A stretch of 63,697 nucleotides of DNA, filler included, from Octopus bimaculoides (Eukaryota): the NCBI RefSeq assembly GCF_001194135.2. It is 8 parts of 8 records of this genome, joined end to end, with 100 filler letters (N's around TTAATTAATTAA, not from the genome) between each part and the next. Parts side by side here need not be neighbours in the genome. Positions count along the whole stretch, not along the records: positions 1 to 22,162 come from NC_068997.1; positions 22,263 to 28,128 come from NC_068986.1; 6 more parts are not named here. The stretch is one strand, 5' to 3'. Position numbers and translations under genes: made by a program. The number at the start of each line of letters is the position of its first letter. The first letter of the stretch is position 1. This document shows positions 10,520 through 22,827 of the stretch, piece by piece. The notes below the pieces were generated by a model. The model was given only the letters and a program-made list of their open reading frames with translations, had not been told where the DNA came from and did no database searches.

Positions 10520-12100
10520 TTTGCTAGCCATTACATGGTAGCAAGACTCGAAACCGAGTCATCGAATTACGAAATTGTTTATGTGAGAGACCGTGTTAGT
10601 GGTTAATCAGTAGCCAAACTTCATATAATACATTAATCTAGATCTTTCTGGAGCTTTTCCTTTCAAGAGTTAGATAAAAGCTAGTTTTTAGTACTAATTT
10701 CCAAGGTGCATGTTAACCGGCGAATCTGCTACACACATTCTTTCGTCACTGTAATAGTCGTTTTCATGACTATCAGCTCAGCTTGGATATGTCGATTTTA
10801 CTGGCCGAAATAAATCTACTATGTATAGTTTCTCCTTTTTTTTGGCAAGCTTCAGTAGAGAACTTTTGTAACCAACTAATTATGAATGCTATAGAATTAT
10901 TCCTTCTAGTGTGTAGACTCGATATTGAAACTTTATAATTCACGACCAGCCTCTATATTATGCGTGCGGTGAAAAAAAAAATTATTTTTAAATGTTAGCC
11001 TGGTATCGTTATATCATTCCCACGTAGCCTCACAAGCATATAACCAAACCAAGTGTAACACCCTATGTTATATTTTGAGCATCGCTTAAACACCAATCAT
11101 ACCGAGTAACAAACTTGAACGTTTTTGTTACAGACACGGGAACTACAATTTCCTATTAATCAGCGATACTGAATTGAGTTCTGAAAACCACATTTCCCTA
11201 TCACATTTAGATTTTGTTTAAAGTAAACTCTGCCCTTTTCTGTTCTTCCTCGGTTACTATTGTATAAGCAAACTATGGTATTTTCCCGTTAGTCATGTTT
11301 AAATAATGTTAACATCATGTGCTGCAGGTTCTGGAGGTTCCTCATTAATACTGAGCAGCTTTTAGATTCACTCCACAAGAGACAATATAAAACCTGCATT
11401 CTTCGAGAATCATAATCACAGCTGATATCTTGCATCAGATCTCTGATATCACTGCAGAGACAAACACCTTTTCTTCACGAGAAAAATGATGAATACTTCA
11501 TACGATGATGGTATCATAAAAACAGAAAAAAGTATGGTGTTTGGTTGAAGAAGATTGCATTCTTGAAGTCTGGAACGAAATAACTCTACCTTTTCTTTTT
11601 TCAATTCCAAATCGTGCACCAAATCATTTAACGCTACTTTGCAGATGTGGGAATTTCTGCATCTGGGATATTTAAGCTATGTTTCTGTCTCCATGTCACT
11701 AGCCGAATCTTCAGAAGAACTGTTATTTGCCTTGTTTCATAATGTGGTGCTGGTTTTAAGGTTGGTTGGCAGCCTGTGTTGTTAATCTTTTATTTATCTT
11801 TATTTTTGTGAAATCAGCTATATTTGTCATATGAAAATAATAATTATCATAATCATTTGTTGGGTCACACAAAATCATGAGGTCTGTGTATAGCATAGCT
11901 TTACTTTTACAATTCATCCAAGCCGTAGTGCATTCAATGCATTGCATTGTATCCAACAAATATATGGTACCCAGTTTCCGTCGTGATGCTACTTTACAAC
12001 CAAAATAGTACTTGAAGACAAAGGTCGTCCTTAAGGATGTAGCTACGTTGTTCGCTGTTATGAGGGTATATATATTGTCCACAAATATAACCCATTTTTT
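10520..12100 (-). mobile_element. Chapaev3-like (CMC superfamily) transposase fossil
   Basis: Collinear motifs: YYFGCKV…C..C…W…MILCDPTNDYDNYYFHMTNI (ORF 11756-12082), LNDLVHDLELKKEKVELFRSRLQECNLL, ECRFYIVSCGVNLKAA (compare EWRLFIDSSKxSLKAVL), PAAHDVN, and …KGE…PKLS…QIRRL; many stops and frameshifts. Confidence 0.8.
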
Positions 12101-14159
12101 CTGGATAGTTCTATTTGTTTCCCTGAGACAAAATCTTTGTTACCAAGTACAGTTTAATTATAAAGAGATGCTGACCATACATTTTATCAATAAAGAGACG
12201 GGTTTGATGAATATTATTTCTAGCGCTTCTCGGCGCTTTCCTTTTTCTTTCATAACCATTCTATTGATATATAACTGTAATTTACAGCAACTAATGGATT
12301 AAATTACGTGCACGCGCGCGTCGCTCAGAGTTACTCTACATATAGCAAGTCGGACGCTCAGGAGAGACGTGATTTTTGAAGATTATATTTCCACTGATGA
12401 AATCAATTAGATACAACCGTTCACAGTTGTACCTTTCCATTGCCTGGCCAAATAGTAATTCCTACAGAATTCCTATTGGTTTTCCTTAACAACGATTTTA
12501 ATTTCACAATAGTTATTTCTAATGTTTGAATTAACGGAAATAAAGAAACCCATTTTTTTCTTATAGTAATGCATTACCAACAAGAGATAGAAAAAAAAAA
12601 TTCAAGAATAATGAAAACTAATGACTACAAAATTTGCTGATTCCGAAATACTTCGTTTTTAGACTTTCTCATCCTCAATTTTAGATTAGATATTTCACAT
12701 CTCATGGATTTAAGTGGAATATTTTTTTTATCTTTCAAGATGTGGATACATCCTGCGGTGTCTGCTGTTTTGCTTTGTCCATCAGAGCAATTTTTCCAAG
12801 TCCCATAGGAAAACCGTTGATATTTATTGAATTAGCCTAGATGTTATTTTGGCGTATAACGTACGGATAATTTTCTATCTTCGTATGTAGGATTGGATAT
12901 TATTTAATTCTTTTTATCTTGAAAAATATTTGGCAGTAATCTCCAATTCTTGGCTGTTTTCTCGGCACATTTTACATTTCCAGAAGCTACACTCTTATCT
13001 ATGTATCTCTTACCTATACGATCCACGACCAATCTTCAGTAGGTATATAGTATTATAAATTCAATGTAGCGTGCGTACGCGTGTATGTATGTATGTATGT
13101 ATGTATGTATGTATATATGTGTGTATGTGCGTTTGAGTAAATGCATAAACTTAATTACATATCTATTTTATTATCTCTCTTTCTTTCTCAATCGCACCTC
13201 TCTTACGCGATCCCTCTCCCCCTCTCACTACCCTCACTCTCTCTTTCTCTCCACACATACATAAATAAGTGTATGAACGAAAGATAAGAGCACTCAACTC
13301 GTACTGGATTTTAGATATTTCTGTTTAGTTCATTGACTCACAATCCTATTACTTTAAGTTTCACAGACGCAAAATTCACGTTTCTATTGAGCGTCCGAAT
13401 GATCAGAATGTCTGTACTCTTTAGATTTGTGGAACTTCATGTAGTACAGTTCTGAGCTATATATATATATATATATATNNNNNNNNNNNNNNNNNNNNNN
13501 NNNNNNNNNNNNNNNNNNNNNNNNNNNNNNNNNNNNNNNNNNNNNNNNNNNNNNNNNNNNNNNNNNNNNNNNNNNNNNNNNNNNNNNNNNNNNNNNNNNN
13601 NNNNNNNNNNNNNNNNNNNNNNNNNNNNNNNNNNNNNNNNNNNNNNNNNNNNNNNNNNNNNNNNNNNNNNNNNNNNNNNNNNNNNNNNNNNNNNNNNNNN
13701 NNNNNNNNNNNNNNNNNNNNNNNNNNNNNNNNNNNNNNNNNNNNNNNNNNNNNNNNNNNNNNNNNNNNNNNNNNNNNNNNNNNNNNNNNNNNNNNNNNNN
13801 NNNNNNNNNNNNNNNNNNNNNNNNNNNNNNNNNNNNNNNNNNNNNNNNNNNNNNNNNNNNNNNNNNNNNNNNNNNNNNNNNNNNNNNNNNNNNNNNNNNN
13901 NNNNNNNNNNNNNNNNNNNNNNNNNNNNNNNNNNNNNNNNNNNNNNNNNNNNNNNNNNNNNNNNNNNNNNNNNNNNNNNNNNNNNNNNNNNNNNNNNNNN
14001 NNNNNNNNNNNNNNNNNNNNNNNNNNNNNNNNNNNNNNNNNNNNNNNNNNNNNNNNNNNNNNNNNNNNNNNNNNNNNNNNNNNNNNNNNNNNNNNNNNNN
14101 NNNNNNNNNNNNNNNNNNNNNNNNNNNNNNNNNNNNNNNNNNNNNNNNNNNNNNNNNTA

Positions 14160-14279
14160 TTCATTCACAAAGCTTTGGTCGGCCACAGACTATAGCAGAA
14201 ATTTGCTCAAACTGCTACGCAGTGGGACTGAACCCGGAACCATGTAGTTTGGAAGCAAGCTTCTTACCACGCAGCCATG
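14160..14279 (-). mobile_element. Composite SINE, head module B (remainder in gap)
   Basis: CACAAAGCTTTGGTCGG…GCAGTGGGACTGAACCCGGAACCATG…ACCACGCAGCCA. Confidence 0.8.
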
Positions 14280-14891
14280 TCTGGTGTGTGTGTGTGTGTG
14301 TATACACATATATGTATGCATACACATATACATACATGCACATACATTATTGGCGAACAGTGACAATGTGTTCACTCAGTACTGCATTAGTGGATGAAAA
14401 TTTTCCTTATTTGTTGATTTTCCTACTACCTTAGGTTTCATCCTTTATATTTCGCAATTTTCAAGTATTGCACTTAGAAATTATGGTTATTCGTCTCCAT
14501 TGAGGATTTGCCTACTTAATATTACTCACGCAGCGGACCCTAAAATGGAGATGGGTTACCATTATTTTAAGTGAAATACTTAGCAATTTCGAAATCTAAC
14601 ACATGAAACCTCAGGTTGTGTTTGAAAATTCACAAATGTATATGTGTGTGTGTGTATGTGTGCGTGCGTGTGTGTGTGTGTGTGTGTGTGTGCGTGTGTG
14701 CGCATGTGTAAAAGTGCTCCTTTAAGGCAGGTCTTACGAAGTTCCACTCTAATGACTAAAATCGCAAATATTACGTAAATTTTCACCATGAATTTTGCGT
14801 GAGCTAGCGTCAAAATCAGAGTTGGCACAGAAGCAATTGTAACTGATCATTGAAAATGTGTTAAAGTCCTTCATTGTCTTCTTATTCGGAT

Positions 14892-14922
<31 letters not shown>

Positions 14923-15616
14923 TTAAGAATAATCAGGAGAACCGAGATTTTCCACATCTGTAATTTTATTAAACAGTTATTTACAGCATTCTTATAACTG
15001 TTTAATAATAAAATTATAGACGTGGGAAATCATCTCCGTTCCCCTGATTATTATGAATATTATTACTTGCTGAGTAGGACACTCGGATTTACCAAGCGAG
15101 AAAAATTGCCAGAGTCGATCGAGCNNNNNNNNNNNNNNNNNNNNNNNNNNNNNNNNNNNNNNNNNNNNNNNNNNNNNNNNNNNNNNNNNNNNNNNNNNNN
15201 NNNNNNNNNNNNNNNNNNNNNNNNNNNNNNNNNNNNNNNNNNNNNNNNNNNNNNNNNNNNNNNNNNNNNNNNNNNNNNNNNNNNNNNNNNNNNNNNNNNN
15301 NNNNNNNNNNNNNNNNNNNNNNNNNNNNNNNNNNNNNNNNNNNNNNNNNNNNNNNNNNNNNNNNNNNNNNNNNNNNNNNNNNNNNNNNNNNNNNNNNNNN
15401 NNNNNNNNNNNNNNNNNNNNNNNNNNNNNNNNNNNNNNNNNNNNNNNNNNNNNNNNNNNNNNNNNNNNNNNNNNNNNNNNNNNNNNNNNNNNNNNNNNNN
15501 NNNNNNNNNNNNNNNNNNNNNNNNNNNNNNNNNNNNNNNNNNNNNNNNNNNNNNNNNNNNNNNNNNNNNNNNNNNNNNNNNNNNNNNNNNNNNNNNNNNN
15601 NNNNNNNNNNNNNNNN

Positions 15617-15875
15617 CTGTTTATACCCATGAAACATTTTAAATCAAATTTCAGCATTTTTCGTCAAATTGATGTCACGATAGCTAGTGCGAAAAATGCC
15701 GAAATTTTACGATTTTTGAAAAATCGATTTTTAAAAAATTCCAAGTGCGTAAGTGACCACATAGGCATAAGCACCACACACGTGTCAAGTTTCATCAAGT
15801 TCTGTTGGATAGTCTCGGAGGAGTTTAAGTAACAAATTTACAAACACACAAACTTGCCATTTATTATTATAGATG
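15617..15875 (+). mobile_element. Non-autonomous Helitron/Helentron-like element 3' end
   Basis: CAAGTTTCATCAAGTTCTG…ACAAACACACAAAC…TTTATTATTATAGAT resembles DINE/HINE-type 3' ends; 5' part lies in a gap. Confidence 0.45.
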
Positions 15876-15890
15876 ATATTAATAGCGTCC

Positions 15891-16108
15891 AAGGCGGTGA
15901 GCTGGCAGAATCGTTAGCACACCGGGCAAAATGCTTAGCGGCATTTCGTCCGTCTTTACGTTCTGAGTTCAAATTCCACTGAGATTGACTTTGTCTTACA
16001 TCCTTTCGGAGTTGATAAATTAAGTACCAGTTGAATAATGGAGTCGATGTAATCGACTAACCCTCTCCGCCGAACTTACTGGCTTTGTACCAAAATGTAA
16101 AATCAATA
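15891..16108 (+). mobile_element. SINE family A, full length, tail type 1
   Basis: Near-consensus head, body and tail. Confidence 0.9.
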
Positions 16109-16169
16109 TTAATAGCATCGATGCGATCCCCACTGATAAGAAAATTTCTGAGATTATTCCAAGATCAAC

Positions 16170-17030
16170 GCATGTCTTACATCTGATGAACAACTTTTTC
16201 GTTCTAATAGTAATAAATGTACTCTAGAGCTTTCAACACTGTTTTCTGTCTTCTATGTTCTTTTTTCTGAGAAAGTGTAAGATTACAGCACCAAGAATCA
16301 TGATACCTTTTTTCATTAACCGCATGCATTTTTAGCTTTACAAGCATCAAGCGATGTTTTTGTAAACCAAGCTGTTGGATTACTTTGTCACCAGATAAAC
16401 AATTTGACACTGCACAATTTGACAGCCAGTGTCAGTCGTTGTTGCAATAACAGCTGTTTTAGATTTACGGTTAATATTTTGATTCAGTCAGAAGTATTCA
16501 ACTTCTTCACGACTTGTCAAAGGGAGTCTTATGCTTGATTGTGTCTTGGAGAGTCGCTTTATCCAGGAAAATATTACCATATACAAAGAATCGAAGACAG
16601 CATTTTCATTTTCAGTGTGTTTGGGACCACAACAATATAGGTCATCCTGAAAAATCGTTCATAAATAGCTGATGTCTTCTTGACAGTTTCTATAATGAAT
16701 TTCAGATTTGCTGGATCTCGTATAAAAAGAGCAAAGAACGAACGGATAGTTTTATTACAATTTTAATACACATAGTTGAGCGCTGTACGAGCAATCGTCG
16801 TATTTTCTTTTCTGTCACCAGTATTTTGATTGATGCAAAGCTCTCCTGTAATGTTTGTTAATCTGGACAACAACGATAAGGTTTAAGTTCTTTACATAGT
16901 TGATCATCACAATATTCCAGTTATTGGATAACGTTATCTTTGCCAGGGATCTTGACAGCAGAAATATAATGTTTCCATTGCGATATACTGTAACTCCTAT
17001 CCCTATCAGATCTAGAAGATGATACTCTCG
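16170..17030 (-). mobile_element. Probable Ty3/Gypsy pol remnant (RNase H end to integrase zinc-binding region)
   Basis: Decayed minus-strand motifs KIPGKDNVI, KELKPY, AVFDSL…PGIKAT (with frameshift), YF…CQ. Confidence 0.45.
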
Positions 17031-17159
17031 GTCATTTCATTTGTTCAGCTTTTGATACGATTTATTTGTGAGAGCTGTTGCCTAAATAGTACTGAGGGCT
17101 TTAACAATAGTGGTATCAATATATGCAGTTTGAGATAGTGTTAAACAACGGCCATTTCA

Positions 17160-17349
17160 TTGGCAGAATCGTTAGTACGCCGGGCAAAATGCTTAGCGGC
17201 ATTTCGTACATTCTTGCGTTCTGAGTTCATATTCTGTCCAGATCAACACCGCTTTTCATCCCGACCCCGAAAGTTGAATACTGAGGTCGATGCAATCGAC
17301 TTATCCCATCCCTTGAACTTTCTGGCTTTGTGCTAAAATTTGAAACCAT
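17160..17349 (+). mobile_element. SINE family A, tail type 1
   Basis: TGGCAGAATCGTTAGTACGCCGGG…GTGCTAAAATTTGAAACC. Confidence 0.85.
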
Positions 17350-17363
17350 AATTACCAGAGTGA

Positions 17364-17455
17364 CGAGCTGGCAGAATCGTTGCCACGCGAGACAAAATGC
17401 TTACCGGCATTTCGTCCGTCTGCCACCTTCTGAGTTCAAATTCTGCCGGGTTGTT
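17364..17455 (+). mobile_element. SINE family A, 5' half
   Basis: GACGAGCTGGCAGAATCGTTGCCACG…TCTGAGTTCAAATTCTGCCG, then an abrupt switch to unrelated sequence. Confidence 0.8.
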
Positions 17456-17745
17456 TGAGGATGTTGAACGAAACACCCATGTTTCCAGAGGTGAATTATT
17501 CAAACTCCAAAGAATTCCTCTCAACACATGGCTATGATGCTCCCTCACTACTTCTGCTCGTGATCAGAGATGCACATATCATCAACCACTAAAGGACATG
17601 CTCAAGTGGTTAAGCAAATTTGTGGTATGGAGCAGAATATTTGCTGTAGCCCATCTCTTATACCAAGACAAAACAATGTACATGATTACACTTCCAATCA
17701 ATTAAGATCAGAAGCCATGAGAGCCACTGCCTGGTACTGCACGCC
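17456..17745. mobile_element. Unclassified interspersed repeat between SINE-A pieces (possibly a Deu/Nin-domain SINE)
   Basis: CTCAACACATGGCTATGATGCTCCC…GATCAGAGATGCACATATC…GGACATGCTCAA; repeat-like sequence recalled from cephalopod genomes, family assignment unverified. Confidence 0.4.
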
Positions 17746-17754
17746 CATCGCTGC

Positions 17755-17930
17755 GATCTGAGTTCAAATTCCGCCGAGGTCGACTTTGCCTTCATCCTTC
17801 GGAGTCGATAAATTAAGTACCAGTGAAACACTGGGATCGATGAAATCGACTAGTGTCCCCTCCTCCAAAATTTCGGGCCTTGTGTCTTTAGTAGAAAAGA
17901 TTATTATTATTATCATTATCATTATTATTA
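17755..17930 (+). mobile_element. SINE family A 3' half, tail type 2, with (ATT)n
   Basis: TCTGAGTTCAAATTCCGCCGAGGTCGAC…GGGCCTTGTGTCTTTAGTAGAAAAGATTATT. Confidence 0.85.
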
Positions 17931-18484
17931 TAAGAATTTTCATTCGAACTCTATAGGAGATAAGAATGCTATGTATTTCGTATTTAGGCTAATACGACAA
18001 ATGACACGGTTCCGATAATGTAAAGAGAAAGAGATGCCATAATGTGACATAATGAACGTTGACAGTGTAGCACTGGACATAATATTCTTTAGATTCTCTC
18101 AAGTGTTAAATTTGGTATAAGCCAATTACATCTTAATTTCTTCTAATGGGTCGACGCTGCTTAATGTTGCGTGTGCGAAACATTGTCAGAATAATGCACA
18201 TCGCCAGAATAAAGCACGCGATGTAAGTATGCACATTGCCAGAATAATGCACATTATGCGATATTTCTCCCACGTAATGCAAGTATGTAAATGTAGCTGA
18301 GTTACTTTTCAAAACAAGCGTCCGGTAGATTTTTCGAAATTATTTCATGGAATTTAAAACGAATAAAAAAGAATTGTAAACAAATATATTGACATTGCAT
18401 CCAATATATAAATAGAATACGTGACAGCTTTAGTGTGGCATTGAATAAGAAAACAGGAGACGGGGTAATCTATATTGTATACAT

Positions 18485-18500
18485 TTCTCTTCTCTCTCTT

Positions 18501-18540
<40 letters not shown>

Positions 18541-18563
18541 CTATCTCTATCTCGTTGCCCATT

Positions 18564-18601
<38 letters not shown>

Positions 18602-18870
18602 ACTCAATCTCTCTCTCTTTCTTTCTCTACTTTATCTATCCCCCTGTTCCTTTCGTCCCCCCTCTCTCTCACCCTCTCTACCATATCTATCTCCCTGTTC
18701 CTTTCGTCCTCCCTCTCACTTTCTCACTCTCTCTCTCTCGCTTTCTCTCTCTCGCTTTCTGTCTCTCGCTTTCTCTCTCTACTATTTCTGTCTCCCAGTT
18801 CATTTCACTCTCTCACTCTCTGCTATCCCTATCTCCCTGTTCCTTTCGCTCTCTCTTTCACTCTCTCTCA
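18485..18870. repeat. (CT)n compound microsatellite with internal higher-order repeats
   Basis: TATCT.TCCC(C)TGTTCCTTTCG occurs three times within the CT tract. Confidence 0.85.
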
Positions 18871-18904
18871 ACATTTGTCACTCTTTCTGCATGTGTATGT
18901 ATAT

Positions 18905-19327
18905 ACTCTTTTTACTCTTTTTACTTGTTTCAGTCATTTGACTGCGGCCATGCTGGAACACCACCTTTTAGTCGAGCTAATCAACCCCAGGAATTATTCT
19001 TTGTAAGCCTAGTACCTATTCTATCAGTCTCTTTAGCCGAACCGTTTAGTTACGGGGACGTAAACACACCAGCATCGGTTGTTAAGCGATGTGTGTGTGG
19101 GGGGGGGGGACAAACACAGACACACAAACATATACACACACATACATATATATATACATATATACGACGGGCTTCTTTCAGTTTCCGTCTACCAAATCCA
19201 CTCACAAGGCTTTGGTCGGCCCGAGGCTATAGTAGGAGACACTTGCCCAAGTTGCCACGCAGTGGGACTGAACCCGGAACCATGTGGTTGGTAAGTAAGC
19301 TACTTACCACACAGCCACTCCTGCGCC
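18905..19327 (-). mobile_element. Composite SINE B+C, full length
   Basis: Read on minus: tRNA-like head (TGGCTGTGTGG; GGTTCAGTCCC), CORE-like AACTTGGGCAAGTGTC, internal (TA)/(TG) microsatellite, module C, tail CCAGCATGGCCGCAGTCAAATGACTGAAACAAGTAAAAAGAG. Confidence 0.9.
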
Positions 19328-19520
19328 TATATATGCATTTTGTTTGTGTGCATGTGTATGTATGTATGAATGTGTGTGTGTATTAGTGGCAGCTTTCGTC
19401 TTTCGTCTCTCTCTCCCCCTCTCTCTCAATGTCTTCTGTTTCTTTCCTCCTCCTTCTCCCTCCTCTGCAAATATATTCCATTTCCCACCGCTATGACCTC
19501 ACCTCACCTCTTTCCCCGTA

Positions 19521-19935
19521 TCTTTTATCCTTCACTTGTTTCAGCCATTTGTCTGGGGCCATGCTGGGGCACTGCCTTGAAGAATTGTTTAGTCGAACTA
19601 ATCGGCCCCAATACTTATTTTTTAAAGCCTGGTACTTATTCTATAATTCTCTTTTGCTGAACCGCAAAGTTACGGGGACGTAAACACACCAATACTGGTT
19701 GTCAAGTAGTGGTGGTGGTGGTGGTGGTGGTGGTGGGGCAAACACAAACACAGACACGCACACATACACATATGTATATACGACGGGTTTCTTTCAGTTT
19801 CCGTCTACCAAATCCACTCGCAAGGCTTTGGTCAGCCTGAGACTATAGTAGCAGGCATCTAACCAAGGTTCTGCGCAGTGGGACTGAACCCGGAACCATG
19901 TGGTTGAAGAGCAAGCACCTTACCACACCTGCGCC
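19521..19935 (-). mobile_element. Composite SINE B+C, second tandem copy
   Basis: Same module order as 18905-19327; carries a (GGT)n expansion in module C. Confidence 0.85.
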
Positions 19936-20019
19936 TTCTCTTCTTCCGTATCGTGAAATGTCTTTACTAATTTACCAATAAACGCCCTCACATGTACTTG
20001 ACGTCGGATCCTACCCGTC

Positions 20020-20480
20020 TTACACACGCACGCACACACACTACTCTCTTCACATCATCAACACAATAGCACATCATATGCACATCTATTCCCCTAATGC
20101 ACACGTATACACACCCTCACACACCATACTCACATATTTCCCTACACACTTACACACATCCTCAAATAACATGCTCACACATATTCCCCCCCTCCCCCAC
20201 GGTCACAAACTTTCTTACTCATTCTTTTGTTTACCTCACTTATTTCCCTCTACTCTCGTTCTTTTGTCTCCAAAACACTAATCTTCTTCACACGGCCGCT
20301 CTACCCAGTCTTCTTCTACCATTCACCATGTTCTCTTTCTCCCTCACTTTTCTGTTTTTGACGAAAGACCATTGCCCGAAACGTTTAGGTTCCCCCCCCC
20401 ACCATTTCCCTCCACGCAGCCTAATTGCATGGACTTTACACTTTTGTTCGTTGTTCTATAGTTGTTTTGTTTATCTTGTT
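20020..20480 (+). mobile_element. Possible Penelope-like terminal repeat remnant with a degenerate minimal-hammerhead motif
   Basis: TTGACGA-AAGACCATTGCCC-GAAACGT at 20358-20384 within a pyrimidine-rich repeat-like stretch. Confidence 0.4.
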
Positions 20481-20659
20481 TTGTTTCTCATGATTCTATT
20501 TCGATATTCTGCTCCCACACTGACGCAGACGACCGGTTTATCTCTGGATTTATATTTTCCGAATAATATCTTCACTTCATCGCAAGCAAAAATAAAAATA
20601 AAAGGTGTGGTTCTAATTCCAGTTCCAAAAATTGAAAAATACAAGATTTGTTACGAATA

Positions 20660-20702
<43 letters not shown>

Positions 20703-21189
20703 GTTGTTGTTTTTGTTGTTGTTGTTGCATTCTTTTTTCATTTTCAATTAGTATAACGCCTATTTAGTTTGACGTCATTATAGACTATTAAGCAGAACTT
20801 TATACTAGGCAAACCCTTTAGAGCTATACTGCTATAGGGTGTGTCCACAAGTAACGGATAATGGCTCGGCCTCTCGATAAATATAGAGGTCAGCTGTGAT
20901 GGTTAATAAACAATCTCGAACCAACAGTTAAGCGTTGCCCAAGATGTTATATAATAAGGCAGCTAAAAGTGGTCTTCATATAAACTCTGCTTCCGTGTGC
21001 AATGTAGATAGATTCAGCCTTTTCTCCGTCTGCTTCTCAGGTCTTTGGTTTCGCGTAGGGTCAATAGACTGAGGGTCTGAGTGCGCTTGCACTTCATTTA
21101 GGCAACTGTAGAAATGAGAAAAAGCTCTATAGAATATGAGAAGGAAGTCGATTTTGCTATCAAGTCTTACACGGTAGTAGCGATGTGAA

Positions 21190-21520
21190 TGAGTGAACGA
21201 GAAAAGAGAGAGAGAGGAAGAAAGAAACAAAGAAACAAAGAAAGAGAGAGATAGAAAGAAAGAAAGAAAGAGAGAAAGAAAGAAAGAGAGAAGGAGAGAC
21301 AGAAAAAGAGAGAAAGGAAGAAAGAAAGAAAGAAAGGGAGAGAGAGAGGGGGGAGAAAGAGAGAAAGAAAGAAAGGAGAGAGGGAGAGTGGTAGAGAGAG
21401 AACTAGAGAGAAAATAAGAGAGGGAGAAAGAAAGTGAGAGAAGGGGAGAAAGGGGAAAAGTGAGAGAGAGAGGAGGTGAGAGAAAGAAAGAAAGAGAGAG
21501 GGGGTAGAGAGTGAAAAGAA
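21190..21520. repeat. (GA)/(GAAA) purine-rich microsatellite
   Basis: Directly visible; source of the spurious ERKK and LSLS ORFs. Confidence 0.9.
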
Positions 21521-21715
21521 GAGGAAGAGATGGTGAACAGGGAGCACGGTAGCATGGAGGGATGTGAAGGAGAGCAGGTTGGAAAATAAGGCAAATGAAT
21601 GAGTAACTAAGAAATTGTGGAAGAGAAAAACAAGTGTATTAAGAAGGGAAATTGGTATATGGAGAGCTAGAATGAGTAGTAGGGGATGACATACAAATTG
21701 TGGGGTAAATACGTG

Positions 21716-21976
21716 CAGTAGCGGACTGGCCAGGTTGCCAACCTGCCCGATTAGAATCCATATATGGGGGCCCATGTTTAATATCTAAGGGGCCCATCCC
21801 CTCAAGTTTGATAATTTCTTAATCACTCCTGGAAGAATGCATTATTTCAGCCTGGCTGTGTTTGTAGACGGTTGAAAAAAATACTTTTAACAAATAAATA
21901 AATGATAGCATTGTAGTTGCGTGTGGGCCCCCTTAGTCTCCTGACAATCAATATTTTTAGATCCAGTGCGCCACTG
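21716..21976. mobile_element. 261-bp MITE with 14-bp imperfect TIRs (hAT-like)
   Basis: CAGTAGCGGACTGG … CCAGTGCGCCACTG (reverse complement CAGTGGCGCACTGG); no matching 8-bp TSD remains. Confidence 0.7.
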
Positions 21977-22162
21977 AATTGGAAGAGAGAAAAGGTGCGA
22001 AAAATGATAATTGATAAAGTTTGTTGAAAACTGTTTTTTTTTTAAATATGAAACAAGAGACGAAGAGAGAGAAGAAAGCGTTAGAAAGATAAAGATTATG
22101 TATTCTCTAGGGGCTCAGAACATTGACATACATACATACGTACGTACATACGTATATATATA

Positions 22163-22262
22163 NNNNNNNNNNNNNNNNNNNNNNNNNNNNNNNNNNNNNN
22201 NNNNNNTTAATTAATTAANNNNNNNNNNNNNNNNNNNNNNNNNNNNNNNNNNNNNNNNNNNN
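22163..22262. other. Artificial scaffold join, 44N-TTAATTAATTAA-44N
   Basis: Same 100-bp construct at 28129, 39834, 44075, 58906, 60462 and 61588. Confidence 0.95.
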
Positions 22263-22283
22263 ACATTCACTCACTGATACACA

Positions 22284-22331
<48 letters not shown>

Positions 22332-22787
22332 AGTCCACATACATACATTCATTTACTAATACTCATGCACTTGCACATACGCAAATGCACACACATATTC
22401 ACATGCGTGTATATGCACACACGGGTGTACACAGACACACTTGCTTCCAAGCCAATCGTTGGTCGACTATGACAAAATCACATATTGTTATATATAATTT
22501 CTCGCACGCACACACATACATACGCATATACATATATGCACTAATACACGTACATAAGCACACACGCAGGTGCACAGACACTGGAGTCCTCCCACACATA
22601 CGTACACACGCAAACACACATATATACTCACCCACATACACAGGTGTAATACATACACATATTTACAAACCAATCACCAGTCGTCTGTGACCAAATCACA
22701 TATCCAACCACATACAACCATACTTGTACACACACACACACACACCACATGCGAGCACAAAGCCAATTCTCTTATACTCATACATAT

Positions 22788-22827
<40 letters not shown>

